Below, piece by piece: positions 38,401 to 51,477 of a stretch of DNA of 64,000 bases. The DNA is from Narcine bancroftii (taxonomy: Eukaryota): contig NC_091476.1 in assembly GCF_036971445.1 (NCBI RefSeq), positions 20,708,001 to 20,772,000 on the forward strand, written 5' to 3'. Every line of letters begins with the position of its first letter. Position 1 is the stretch's first letter. The position numbers and the translations under genes are program-made. The notes beneath the pieces were generated by a model, which saw only the letters and a program-made list of their open reading frames with translations, had not been told where the DNA came from and made no database searches.

Positions 38401-41400
38401 GTACATAATCGGCCAATCTCCTTACTAATAGTTTAGCTATTGTCTTATAATCTGTGTTAAGTAGAGATATTGGTCTATATGACACTGGTGCTAGTGGATC
38501 TTTCCCTGTCTTTGGTATTACTGTAATTATTGCTGTTTTGCATGAATCTGGTATGTTTCATGTTTTATCAATCTGGTTGATTACTTCCAGGAGGGGAGGA
38601 ATTAATAAGTCTTTAAATGTTTTATAGAATTCTATTGAAAATCCATCCTCTCCTGGTGTTTTATTATTTGGTAGTTTTTTTTATTATCTTTTGTATTTCT
38701 ACTATTTCAAATGGTTCTGTTAATTTATTTTGTTCCTCTATTTGTAATTTTGATAGTTCAATTTTAGTTTAAAAATTCATCTGTTTTGTCTTCTTTCCCT
38801 TCGTTTTCAGTTTGGTATAATTGTTTGTAGAATTCTCTGACGTGTTCATTAATCTCCGTTGGATTATATGTGATTTGTTTGTCTTTTTTCCTTGATGTCA
38901 ATACCATTCTCTTAGTTTGTTCTGTCTTAAGCTGCCATGCTAGAATTTTGTGCGTTTTTTCCTCCTAGCTCATATTTCTGTTTTGTCTTCATTATGTTCT
39001 TCTCTACTTTATATGTTTGTAGTGTTTCATATTTTATTTTTTGTCTGCCAATTCTCTTTTAGTTGCATCTTCCTTTATTGCTAATTCTTTTTCTGTATTT
39101 GTTATTTCCCTTTCCAACTGTTCTGTTTCCCGATTGTAGTCCTTCTTCATCTTAGTTACATAACTTATTATTTGCCCTCTGATGAACACTTTCATTGCGT
39201 CCTATGGTATAAACTTATCTTTCACTGATTCCGTATTTATTTCAAAGTACATTTCAATTTGTCATTCAATTAATTCTCTAAAATCCTGTCTTTTAAGTAG
39301 CATGGAGTTTAATCATCTATACATTCTTGGTGGGATGTCCTCGAGCTCTATTGCCAATAACAGGGGTGAGTGGTCCGATAATAGTCTAGCTTTATATTCC
39401 GTTTTCCTAACTCTCCTTTGAATGTGGGCTGATAACAGGAATAGGTCTATCCTTGAGTATGTTTTATGTCTACCCGAATAATATGAATATTCCTTTTCCT
39501 TTGGGTGTTGTTTCCTCCATATATCCAAAAGTTGCATTTCTTGCATCGATTTAATTATAAATTTGGTTACTTTGTTCTTTCTGTTAGTTTTTTTTCCAGT
39601 TTTATCCATGTTTGAGTCCAAATTAAGGTTAAAATCCCCTCCTATTAGTATGTTCCCTTGCGTGTCTGCATAAATTTTTGATCTTCTTCATTAGGTGAAT
39701 ATACATTGAGTAAATTCCAAAATTCTGAATATATCTGACATTTTATCATTACATATCTCCCTGCTGGATCTATTATTTCCTCTTCTATTTTGATTGGTAC
39801 ATTTTTATTTATTAATATAGCTACTCCTCTGGCTTTTGAATTATATGATGCTGCTGTTACATGTCCTATCCAATCTCTCTTTAATTTCTTGTGTTCCATT
39901 TCAGTTAGATGTGTTTCTTGTACGAATGCTATATCATTTTTTTCTTTTTTCAGTAAATTTAAGTTTCTTCCTTTTGATTTGGTTATGTATTCCATTAATA
40001 TTTAAAGTTATATAGTTCAACATAGCCATTTCATACTTTGTTTATCTTTCCTTTCCGTTTCCTCATCACCCCTTCTTATCCATTTCTGCTTTCTTTTTTT
40101 AAAACATTATAAGACAACATTTCTAAAACATAAAATATTTCCACTATTCTCATATCTAAAATTCCTTTAACCCCAATAGTCCCTCCCCTTTCTGAGTTGC
40201 CCTTTGTCCCTTGTCGGGCAACCACATCTCCCCTCTCCGTTTGGATTTGTGAATTCACTCGCAAGTGTCAACGGATTTCACAGTGACTGTAATTCTTCCC
40301 CACCCAGCCCCCCCAGAAAAGATTTTAATCTTCATAAATAACAAAGGTCACTCTCTTAATTCCCTCCTTACTTCCTTTCTTTCCCTTCTTAGATACATAC
40401 ACACATACATATAGTTTGTTTTCATTTTTGTTCTTGTTACATCTCTTCATCTCTCTGTCTGTTTTGTAGTTGTTCTGCAAATTTTCGTGCTTCTTCCGGA
40501 TCCGAGAATAGTCTGTTTTGCTGCCCCGGAATAAATATTTAAGTACTGCTGGGTATTTTAACATAAATTTATAACCTTTTTTTTTTCCCATCGGGTCGTT
40601 TTTTCTGCATTAAACTCTTTCTTCTTCAGGAGTTCAAAACTTTTATCTGGATAGAAAAAAAATTTTTGACCCTTGCATTCCAGTGGTTTTTTGTCTTCTC
40701 TTATTTTCTTCATTGCCTTCTCCAATATATTTTCTCTTGTTGTATATCTTAGGAATTTTACTAGAATGGATCTTGATTTTTGTTGTGGTTGTGGTTTAGG
40801 GGCTAATGTTCTGTGTGCCCTTTCTATTTCCATTTCTTCCTGTAATTCTGGTCTTCCTAGGACCCTGGGGATCCGTTCTTTTAAAAATTCTTTCATATTT
40901 TTGCCACCTTCATCTTCCTTAAGGCCCACTATCTTTATATTGTTTCTTCTATTATAATTTTCCATTATATCTATCTTCTGAGCTAACAGCTCTTGTGTCT
41001 CTTTAACTTTTTTATCAGATTCTTCTAATTTCTTTTTTAAGTCATCTACTTCCATTTCTATGGCTGTTTCTCGTTCTTCCACCTTGTCTACTCTTTTTCC
41101 TATATCTGTCATGATCATCTCTAATCTATTCACTTTTTCTTCTGTACTTTTTATTCTTCTTTTTATTTCACTGAATTCTTGTGACGGCCATTCTTTTACT
41201 GTTTCCATATATTCTTTAAAAAAAAATCCATGTACTTGCCCTTCCCTTCATCTTCCATTTTTCTGTGTTCTTCCTCTTCTGAGTCCACTCCAGGATCTGT
41301 GTCCTTTACCTCTGTCTCTTCTGGTTTTCTTGTTGGGTTGTTTGTTTTATTTTGTTGGGTATTTTTGGTCTTCTTATTTTTATTATATGTGTCTTGGTGT

Positions 41401-42350
41401 TGATCGTCTTCCTCTGGGTTGGTCATCTGTTGTTTCTTTGATTTCTTATTTTTACTCTCTTCTTTCTTGCTCTCGTTATTTTCTATGTTTTCCTCTTGCT
41501 GTTGTGTTGTAGTTGTCTGTTTCAGCTGTGGAGATCGACTCCTCAGCTGGTCCCCCCTCCTGTCAGTGTTATTTTTGTCTTGCGCATGCGCGGTTGTGCA
41601 CTTTTGTTTGGCTCCGTGAGCCATTTTTGTAGTCCCGAGTTCAGGGCTTCGACTGACCTCAGGGAGCGGGCTTCTCTCTCCACGACGGGCCTCCTCGTAC
41701 AGGTAAGGCCTTCACATTCTTCTTCCGACATCTTTCCTTCCTGTTGTTTTTGGTTTTTCTTTCTTCACTGCCATTTTCTCCACACTTTTACTTTCACTTT
41801 GTATTCGTTTTTATGTTTGTGCCTTTGCTTTTTCTCTTTTTTTTTTACTTTTCTGGAGAGGGCTGGAGTTCCCCTACCGGCCACTACTCCATCACATGAC
41901 TCCTCAATTTCCCAATGTTTCTGATGTCACACCTAACCTCTGCAAATTCCTAAGGAAGTAGAGGCGCTAATGTTCTTTCTTCACAATGCCATTAGTAGGT
42001 TGGGTCCAGAAAGATCCTCCAACATAGTGACTCCCAAGAAATTAAATTTGCTCACCCTCTCCACCTCTGATCCCCCAATGATAACTGGATTGTACACCTC
42101 TGGGTTTTCCCTTCCTGAAGTCAATAATCAGCTCCTTGGTATTGGTGACACTGAGTACAAAATTGTTAATGGTGTATCATTCAGTCAAGTTCTCAATCTC
42201 CCTGCTTTGTGCTACTCATCGCCCCATTTTACACAACCCACTACTGCGTTATCGACGGCTTTGTTCTCATACTGAGCCACACATTTATAGGTGTATAGTG
42301 AGTAGAACAGGATGACTAAGAATGCAGCCCTGTGGTGGTCTGGTACTGAT
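35460..42350 (-). mobile_element. Rex1/Babar-like LINE split by the full-length L1
   Basis: Frame VTSETLGNFYRC continues across the L1 TSD; same family as 12600-14750. Confidence 0.85.
36039..41905 (-). mobile_element. full-length (5.9 kb) L1-clade LINE, disrupted; ORF1 about 41774-40440, ORF2 about 40029-36288
   Basis: 17-bp TSD aatttcccaatgtttct at 36022-36038 and 41906-41922; ORF1 RRNNIKIVGLKE, IERAHR; EN VQETH, SRID, SDH; RT YRPISLLN, LDAEKAFD, RQGCPLSP; C-terminal CFRC...HAIWTC. Confidence 0.97.
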
Positions 42351-43161
42351 ACATATCGCTTCAATGGAAAATTTCCCAGGAATATCCTCTCCAAGTACTC
42401 CCATGATGTTCTCTCTAATTTCTGTAATAACCATAATATCCCAGTCCATTGACCATATCCATGCTCTGACTTTACCTGGCTTTCCAAGCAGATTTCTTCC
42501 ATTAAAATTAATGCAGTTTAAATTTATCAAACATTCCTTGCTCCCTGTCAAGAAGGGCGCTTTGAAAGATTATTGTCATCCAATTCAATTCACATAGGAG
42601 TACGCAATGCAGGCAATAGTAAAGTATTGGACCACATCACAAGTCTTGGGATTGCTTTATTCTTGATGAATTAAATCTTCTTCAGTGTCTTTGGTGTTTC
42701 ATTTATAGAAACAAATCAAAAACACTCTCAGTCTTCTGAGCTGCATTTATAAATAGAGTCTTTTCTTCCATATCCTGTGAGCCACAGAGAAGTTAACTAG
42801 AAGCCATGACTTGCATCTTGTGAGAGGTCTGCAAGGTCAGAAATATTTTAAGCACAGGGTGAGGCCCTATCTAGAAGTATATACTCTGCAAGAAAGAATT
42901 CCAACTCTCTGTGAAATAACAGCACTGAATCTTCAAGTGATATTCTTCACACATTAAGCTGTAGTGGTAACCAGATGTGCCCTCTGGAGTCAATGTTTTT
43001 GTCTTAAAACATTAAATTAGAAAAAAGTGCCATAATGAAATTATTCCTAGTGCTTGAATAACTTCATTGCACCAATACTATGATACCAATATTGTATTGC
43101 CTGTGTTCAACATCATGATGTCACAATTTTTATGCTGTTCAAATAAATTTCTGCTTCTTAC

Positions 43162-43243
43162 CTGCAGAAACAGCTTCATCAGGAAAAGTACAACTTAAAA
43201 GGATTTTTATCTTTAAGAAGAGTCCAGCTGGATGGGGATTTTC
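43162..43243 (-). CDS. TEX11: TEX11 exon ENPHPAGLFLKIKILLSCTFPDEAVSA
   Basis: caatag|GAA...G|gtaaga; 82 nt; GLFLK.KILL motif. Confidence 0.93.
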
Positions 43244-43585
43244 CTATTGGATTGAGTAACCAGAACACTATCAGAAAATAGTAAGATTTTGCTCTTAGGC
43301 TCTAACTCATTATTTTCCAATTACAAACTTTATTTTTGCTATGTCTTATATTGGTGACAATACATTCTGTTTCCCCTACTTTGATGTTCTCTAGTTTCCA
43401 AAACTCCCAAAAGTTAGCACGAGTATAATTATGAGATACACTCTCTAGAAAAAGCATTCAAGGAGAAAAATACTTCTGTGTGAAAGGCAGTGAACAGGAT
43501 GCCACAGTTGAAAGAAAACAGATGATTGTGTCAAATTAACAGGCATAACTCATGGTAAATAAATCTGCAGAACTGCACATCTTAC

Positions 43586-43681
43586 TTCATTTGCCAAAAT
43601 AACAGCATTGAGAGCTCTTTCTTGGTGCTTCTTGATGTCCCACTCAAGATAAACATTAGCTAATAAACGCAAAATCTTTGC
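43586..43681 (-). CDS. TEX11: TEX11 exon AKILRLLANVYLEWDIKKHQERALNAVILANE
   Basis: gttttag|GCA...GAA|gtaaga; 96 nt. Confidence 0.95.
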
Positions 43682-44559
43682 CTAAAACAGAGAAACATCA
43701 ATTAGTTAGAAATTACACCTCCATGTTGCTTGCATATATTAATATATTCAAGCAGATTCTCATCTTAGGTGAATTCACTAAATGGGTAACACTATAGTAG
43801 TTGCACTTTGTAGTCCACTTACAAAATTTTGTTCCTTCTGTTTAATGATTTTAAAGGACTCAAATAGCCAACTGCTGAAACATTGTATTGTTAATTCAGA
43901 TATCCACCAGATAAATTTAAATCCTTTGATCCTTGGTCATACACAGCATTATATGATTGACAAAGTTTGAAGATGTTTCAAGATAACGTGCCTCAAATTA
44001 ACATGCAGGTACCATAAACAATTACAGTAGTGGGACAAAAAGCAGGTTCACCTTAAATGGTGAGGGATAGGGATGCTAAAATAATAAAGGCTTTGCGAAG
44101 TTTAATGAGACTACACTTAGTAGCACTAAAATTCTGTCTGTAATTTTGGACTCTCAAACCAAAGAATGATAGATTTGGAATGAAGCTCTGGAATGAAAGT
44201 TCACTAGATGGAGTTATTTGAAGAGAAGAATGGAACAATATTTGTAATTCTCCACATGACAACATTGTGGGCATCATCTTTTGTTGATTAAACTTTAAAG
44301 TTGAGTTTGAATGAATGGAATAGAAAAAGTACTGATAAGGAATTTGAAATACAACATTGGTCATGATTTAATTGAATGGAAAAACAGATTTGAATGTACT
44401 TGTTCACTGCTTACATAACTGAGACACAATCTTTTGATATACAACAATGGAGATTAAAATAGCAATTCTCAACATGTGCAGAGTCAATACACGTTGTATT
44501 GCCTTGCAATACCTTGCCAAAGTCTAGACAGATATGACTTTTAGACAGGAGTGTGGCTG

Positions 44560-45090
44560 CAATGGTGGTCCCATGGGTTATCTGTATGGTCAGGAGGCAA
44601 GGATGGGTGGTGGGGTAATTATTGTTGTACGTGTTGGACATAAGCAACTTTGCAATCACCAAGTCAAGAAGGTGGTTGGGGCCATCTTCTTATGGTGGAT
44701 CTAAAGTACTGCAACACCCTACACCAGCTGATCAATGTGTATGCTTCACCTATGCAGTGAGACTGGCTGTCTTTCAGGAGCTTGCACTGTTACTAGTGAC
44801 ATCCAGGCCAGTTATTGTGACAGGTGACTTCAACTGTATTATTCATTGGGCTGGACAATCCAGCAGTGCCAACAGTAGACAGGACAGCTCCTTCAGACTC
44901 CTGATGGAGATGGTTAAGGAGGCACAACTGTGTGACGCCTTCAGCATCTCTGTAGGTGGAGTACAGCCGCAGCCCACCTGGTTAAGATCCGACAGCTTAA
45001 TTTGGTTTCAGTGAAACTTCATATTTATGTCTATAGACCAGCTTCATGTTGAAGGGCATCATGGTCAGAACCACCAACATCACGTCAGCT
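44560..45090 (+). mobile_element. Tx1-like LINE endonuclease fragment
   Basis: RLAVFQELALLLVTSRPVIVTGDFNCII in ORF 44622..45014. Confidence 0.7.
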
Positions 45091-45114
45091 CTACTTAGCT
45101 CCTACATCATATGT

Positions 45115-45923
45115 TGTTATTTATTATGAGCTCCCATTATCATTCTAAGGGATAGTATAGTCAGGAGGTCACATTTGACACAAGCACAAGTAACAGCCCA
45201 GCGATAATTCAATACAATGGAAAAACTTTCCCTCAGTCTGTTCCAGAATTTGACACATTTGCAAGTACATTGTGATTTTACAAAGGGAGAACCATTCTGG
45301 CTGCTGATGAGAAAGCAGCTTTTTAAAGCAGCTTTTTGTGGAATTCAGACCAAAGCATGCTCTGTGAATGACTGGACCTTTTCGGTGGATTGACCTGTGC
45401 CAGGAGGATCTTTTTAGGAAGCAAAGTGCTTCACTTTAAGTGTGACTAGCAATGAAGTTACTTGGAGAGACCAGTGCCAGGGTTTTGGAAGCTTCGTGGA
45501 GGCCACCCAGTTCGAGTCTTGCCTACAAAAGGACCAGGAGTGTTATGACTACAGCTCGTGTGAATGGACATTTCTTCAAAAGCAATGCAAGAATTTGTGA
45601 GTCTGTAGCAGCCACAACTCCAGTCTTCTTATCAGTTCAACATTAATTCTGGGCATCAAATTTCAAAGGCCTACGCTTCAACACTAAATTCTAAAGACTG
45701 AACTTTAAAGTAACTTTATGGATTTTGGCCTGGACTGTAATGGTTTGGGTATGTCACACACACGTGCACTAGACACCTGTGCATAGCTGGGTATCGATTT
45801 AGTGTTAAGGATAGTTTAAGAGTTAAGACTGTAGCTTAAGAGTAAGAAATAAAATTAGTGGTTTAAAATTAAACACTGCCTGGTTCATTGCCTATTGCTG
45901 TTTGTTACGTGCGATTCTTAACA
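45115..45923 (+). mobile_element. possible solo LTR
   Basis: TGTTA...TAACA termini, AATAAA about 70 bp before the end, organisation resembling 55328-56337 in opposite orientation; no TSD seen. Confidence 0.45.
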
Positions 45924-45955
45924 TTATATATACAGAACACATAAATAGTACATAC

Positions 45956-46013
45956 CTGCACAGGAGAACCTGGGGAATATCTTTTATCCATTTTTCCAAT
46001 GTCATAGCTCCGG
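45956..46013 (-). CDS. TEX11: TEX11 exon (S)RSYDIGKMDKRYSPGSPVQ
   Basis: catcag|C...CAG|gtatgt; 58 nt; SYDIGKMDK motif. Confidence 0.94.
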
Positions 46014-46852
46014 CTGATGGTATAAGACACACTTAGCTAAATTAACTAAATACAACAAAAAGGATTACCTTTTCCTCCATTTTGCATGTCATTGCACAGC
46101 CATAGGTAACCTTGTGGTGAAAGAAATACTGCAAAGAATCTGAGCGAGAAATGTTTGGTCAGCTCTAATTGAAAGATCTTTTATGCAAATTAACTCAAAG
46201 AGTTATCTCAAGTTAAAAAATAAACGTGAAAGGATTGTGGTCATGCAATAGGGTCACATGCAATACAAACAAATGCCAAAGAAACTCAGGTCACGCAGCA
46301 TCCATAGGAAATAAAAGGCAATCAATATTTCGGGCCTGAGCCCTTTATCGGGGAATAGAATCATATGCATTTTAAATTGAATGCACTTACAAATGTTACC
46401 TATTCCCAGGTAAATATTCAAAATGAAAATTATTGGATGTATTAGTATGGACAGTTGAAACTAATGAGATTGTGAAATTATTGCAAATTTCATAGATTCT
46501 AAAAGAGAATTAAAGGACAGATTTTGAGTGAGCTTTCCATGGCTGGACAATCTTAGCAAACTCATTACTTGGAAACAATTTAGGAATTAAATAAGCCCAA
46601 GACCTTGAAATTGTCTAGAATGCTTAAGATTTAACTTGATGGATTTCAGGTATCCTGAAGAATCAAAGGATAAAACAGCAAGAAAATGAAGTGGATCCAG
46701 TTGCTTGACAACATTCTTACTGTCAGCAAAACTAACTGGTCTACACTTGTTTCTGTTTTTTTTTAGTTATTTGTACAAAAAGGTTTCAGTTCATATCTTT
46801 ATCACGTCTTGTTTAGCGATCCATTAAAAATTATTAAATAAAATGTATTTAC

Positions 46853-46938
46853 CTCAGCCAGAAAGCACTTTCTTCATATTTCTTCTCCTGATAAGTTTCT
46901 ATTCCAAAATTGTAACACAGCAGGGACAAATAACCTCT
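46853..46938 (-). CDS. TEX11: TEX11 exon RGYLSLLCYNFGIETYQEKKYEESAFWL(S)
   Basis: gttttag|AGA...AG|gtaaat; 86 nt; LCYNFG.ET and KYEES.FWL motifs. Confidence 0.95.
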
Positions 46939-47151
46939 CTAAAACAAAAAAGCAGAAACAGAAAGTGAAATTTAGATTTAAAAAACCTTTTTTTCAGGTG
47001 CAAATTCCATTTTCTTTGCTTTGTTGGAGTTTAAGCCAAAAATACATTTTGAATCCTCATATTTTTCATTTCCTCCCACTATCATTCTTTAATCATCTAA
47101 TTTAACAAATATCTCAGACCAAACACAGATCAACTATGTAGATAAACAAAC

Positions 47152-47232
47152 CTCTTTAGGTAATCTGAGCAGCATATCTTCGCAGCGTTGGATAAAAGTC
47201 ACTGCATTCTTATGATCGCACTGAATCACAGC
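47152..47232 (-). CDS. TEX11: TEX11 exon AVIQCDHKNAVTFIQRCEDMLLRLPKE
   Basis: attag|GCT...GAG|gtttgt; 81 nt; C.DML.RLP motif. Confidence 0.92.
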
Positions 47233-48344
47233 CTAATATAGAGAGAAACATCAACAAAATTTATCAAAACACAACACTGATCCCCCCAAAAGGTCTTCTG
47301 CAGATTGATCATCATAAATTCAATAATTTTCCTCCTTTAGCAAAAAAAAATTCAGCACCAAAACACCCAATTAGCTGAGAAAATCAGTGCACCTGAATAA
47401 TGGATTACAAGTGGCATCTTTACCAAAAAAAAACAATTTCATTTCTTTCACTATGGGAATAGCAGGTTTCTTGAACACTAATTTAGCTAACTATACTTTA
47501 CATCCATTTTAAGACTCGTATTTCCAAGCAAGTGTAAATTGAAAGACCTTCTAGAGACATATCTATCTGCAAAATATTAACAAGCCTTGCATATCGTTTG
47601 GATTTCTTCCATATATTTGCCATACTTTCTCTTTTAAGATATTTTTAGTTAATTTAAGAGCATCCAAAAATCAATAATCAAGAATTTTAGTTAAAAAAAA
47701 ATGCATGGGAAAAGATGTCTCAGCAAGTGAAAAGCCATATTATGAAGTTAAATGCCAAGGATTTTCAAGGCTCAATATTTTATTCTTATTTGTTATCTTC
47801 ATCTGACATTATGCTTCTAAGCCCACTAGAACTTGACAGAAATTCAGTTACTTTGTCCCAAGGTTCACTTATTGGCAAAATGCTTCTAATACTTTGTACT
47901 AAATTCAGGAACTTTATTCCAAGCTTATTTATTGCCAAAAGGCTTGGCACTTTGAATTCTTCAAAATGGTTTGAACAAATTCTACTCTATCTTGCCCAGC
48001 CTTAAATCTACAGAAAACCTTTGGCAGATGGCACCAGTGGAGACTCTACTAAAAACCGATTGCTGCTCTAACAACTGCACTCGCTCAACATAATGGGATA
48101 TAATTGCACACTGTTATAAAGAAAGTTTGCCAAAACCATGGGGATTTTGTCATGCTGCACTGAGCAAGATTGACGCAAAAATAAAATGATCAAAAGCCAT
48201 TGTTGTTTGTCTGGCACACTTCAAAAAGTAATGAATGTTATGTCCCAGCAAATCCACCTGGGAATGTCTATTATAAGAAAGTTCCACTGGAAAGAGTGAC
48301 ATATTATTATAATCATAACATATATAATCTGTAGCTCAAGATGT

Positions 48345-48560
48345 TTGGTTGGTGTAGCAGTTAGCACAACACCTTTGCAGTGCCAACAATCAGGACCGGA
48401 ACACGACTCAAACCCCACACTGTCTGTAAGGAATTTGTACGTTCTCCCCATGTCTGTATGGGTTTTCACTGGGGGCTCCAGGTCAAAAACGCAACATGGA
48501 TGTAGGTTCATGAGGTGTAAATTGGGCAGCACAGACTTGTGGCTGAATGTCTAAATTTTT
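48345..48560 (+). mobile_element. V-SINE copy
   Basis: gttggtgtagcagttagcacaacacc...ctgtaaggaatttgtacgttctcccc; homologous to 15915-16180. Confidence 0.75.
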
Positions 48561-48571
48561 TTTTAAATTAC

Positions 48572-48691
48572 CGATTCTGCCTGATAGGAATGCACTTTGA
48601 AAAGGTCCTTTTCCACATCATTCTTAAAGATATTTAGATCTGAAATTCCATCTTTTCCAGCCATGAGCTTTGTATATAACATTTCCAAACT
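48572..48691 (-). CDS. TEX11: TEX11 exon SLEMLYTKLMAGKDGISDLNIFKNDVEKDLFKVHSYQAES
   Basis: catag|AGT...TCG|gtaatt; 120 nt; SLE.LY.KL and SYQAES motifs. Confidence 0.93.
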
Positions 48692-49265
48692 CTATGTAGG
48701 AAGTATGAACAGAAGGGAAAAAAAAGATGCTGTTATTAACTGTCTTAAAACACATACAATGCTGAATTTTTAAACAAGAAATTCTCATTATTGCACCTGC
48801 AATTCATATCTATACATTTATTTACACACCAATCTTAAAAATAATTTCTGGAAGCTTTTTTAACCACTAACTAAAACTAATCAGCATAAACAGAACAGTC
48901 AATATCAAAGTGAATGAAAATTGAAAAGTGAAATAGAATTTGCCTGACAGTTCAAAAAAAACTGTATCAGCACCAGATTATGGAATGAAACTTGAGGGGA
49001 AATTGTTTTTTTTTCTGGGCAGCAAGATATAGACCTGATTTCAATCTCCCTTTCAAGTGACGGGATATGTATATTTTTTTTAAAAACACCGAGTAGTCAA
49101 AGCTCACAAGTTTATGCACGAGCTTAGCATGGTACTGATTTCACATTTCCACCTGTTGTTAATAAAGCACAAATCAAGTCAACAGTGTGAAGTTCACCAG
49201 AACTTGAGTAAAATACTTTTATTCTAGAATAAAGCAAATTATTTCAGTAACAATTTGGTCTAGAA

Positions 49266-49400
49266 CAGTGGTTCTCAACCTTCCCCCCCCCCACCCCCCC
49301 CATATCATTTTAAGTAATCCTTTAGTAATCACAGAGCACCTATGGCATAGGGATTACTTAAGGTGGTATGTGAGTAGAAAGAAAAAGTTTGAGACCACTG
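49266..49400. mobile_element. hAT (Charlie-like) MITE
   Basis: TIRs CAGTGGTTCTCAA / TTGAGACCACTG; degenerate 8-bp TSD gtctagaa/gtttaaac. Confidence 0.75.
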
Positions 49401-49469
49401 GTTTAAACAAAAGGAGAATGGTATAGATTAGAAACTATGAACGAGACAGCTACAAAGAAAAATACTATC

Positions 49470-50350
49470 AAAAAGACTGGAACTGTGAAATGCAGATATA
49501 GCAATTGGAAGAAATCTGAAATAAGGAGAACATTGAAGATACCCAGCACATTATGTTGCATCATGGAGAGAGATTGAATGGTTCCATATGAGAAAATATC
49601 AAGTAGCAAGAGCCAGTAAGATCCAGGGCAATTTGAATCTGTAATTGGCTTAATTATAGAGGCAGATAGAATGGATGGTTAATAGAAGGGAAACCTTTTC
49701 CTTCTGGCTTGAAGGAAAAGGCAGGGACAGAGATTAGAAATGTGGCAAATAAAGCAGAAGCTTTATTGACCTGCTCACTATTTTCATCATCTTGTTTTAT
49801 TTCAGATTTCCAGAAACCTCTGTGTTCTGCATTTCACAGTTCCAGCGTTGTTGAGCAATTTTTTTTTCCCCCTCTGTAATTGCCCTAATTTTTCTTCCTT
49901 TACTTGGCACTTCAGACTGATTCCTTTGTTAAATGACACAGAAAGCAATTGAGTCACCTGCACACCTTGGTCTTCACTCTATTACAATCACTTTGTCCTT
50001 CCCACCCCTCCTTCTCCAACTTCCCTCTCTGATTTTTCTTTATTTACACTACTTCAGATTGATCCCAATCAAAGAAGGCACCAAAAGCCATTGCTTCATC
50101 TGTGCAACCTAGATCTCGGCCTGATCACAGATATTCCAGAAGTTCTCGCCAACCTTCCCCATCACTGCAGCTCAAACACATTTGGTTGCTCACTGTTTGC
50201 CTCAGATTTCCTGTCACTTCCAAATTTAACATCATTTCAGGATACTCCAATTAAAAGATCTGAGGACTGTCCTGTCCAGTTTGAGCTGGGAACAGCAAGT
50301 GACATACCAATAAACACAATTTCTTATCTCCAGTCAAACCATTAAATCAA
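49470..50350. mobile_element. Penelope-like remnants with inverted terminal arrangement
   Basis: 49473-49530 is an imperfect inverted repeat of 49795-49850 (ctggaactgtgaaatgcaga...aaatctgaaataa); possible GIY-YIG-like remnant 50080-50350; family inferred. Confidence 0.5.
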
Positions 50351-50848
50351 TCTCGATCTCTCTTCACCTGTTATTATCACCTAAATGGCATGCTTAAGTT
50401 TTTGCAAGGCTGCAGAATTATTCTAAATCTGAAACTAAAGTGTGACAATTTGATCATTATTTCAATTCCAAGCAGCAAGGAATATAATGGTTCTTAAACT
50501 GTAACCTGGCATCGTCTCCATGACAGTTAACCACAATGGCTTTTGAGTCACTAAACTATAAATTCTCCCAGCTTTTATCACACAAATTATTATTTTTTTT
50601 AAGCCCAAGTTTAACTTTTGGTAAACACAACATTGTATCTAGCAGATAGTTTTCTTTTAAATCTCTTAATAAAACTCAGAACAAATCCAAGTTAGAAAAT
50701 ACAGTCCTCTGCTATTTCAAGTTAATATTCCTCTTTTTAAAAGTAAATTACAAAAAGATGTTTTGAGCATATACGATTAACTGAATGGCTGTTGTATACA
50801 AAATCAAAGTTATCAATTACATTTAGAAAACAAATCTATAACAAGTAC

Positions 50849-50929
50849 CGTCACAGCCAAATCCAGAAATCTATTAGCCAGTAGTGGCTTCCTACAGTCC
50901 AACCAGCTTCGTCCAGTTTTTGTAAACAT
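50849..50929 (-). CDS. TEX11: TEX11 exon MFTKTGRSWLDCRKPLLANRFLDLAVT
   Basis: ttattccag|ATG...ACG|gtactt; 81 nt; G..WLD motif. Confidence 0.88.
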
Positions 50930-51477
50930 CTGGAATAAAAAGAATCATTCATAACATAATCAGTCTGTACATTAAATGTATTTTTACTGAACCATTTATT
51001 AATGTGTGGCAGTTGATTTTAGAGGCTAACTGGTGGAAAACTATCAGTAACAATCCCAAGATGGCAGGAATGAATTTGAAACCTTCGTATATGTTGGGGT
51101 TCCAGCCAGTCAACAGGGTTGGGTCCTTTCAATGAACGGCCAAATTCCTGTCCATGTATAGAGAGTACTATGAGTGAGCAAATTTGGGTCCCATGACTTG
51201 CACATAATAATATTCATTGCTATAGGTCATGTGGCCTGTTCAATGTCAGGTTAAAAACAACCCCTTTGGTCTGCAAAAGAAGATTAAGTAGGAGAGGAGG
51301 ATCTAGTTGGAGCAAGACACAAAATAATCAATATAGACTGAATTAAGAAAGAGGATTTATTGAAAAATATGAAGATCTCGATATAAATTAATGAATAGTA
51401 TCAGAGCCAATTAATAGCCATATGAAAAGTGGCAGGTGCTTCTAGGGTGTTTTAAATGTAGGACAATCCTGCCAGTT

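Noticed and set aside
36039-41905. Active autonomous L1
   Set aside because: Multiple frameshifts and an in-frame stop (MYR* near 39313), not all in homopolymer runs.
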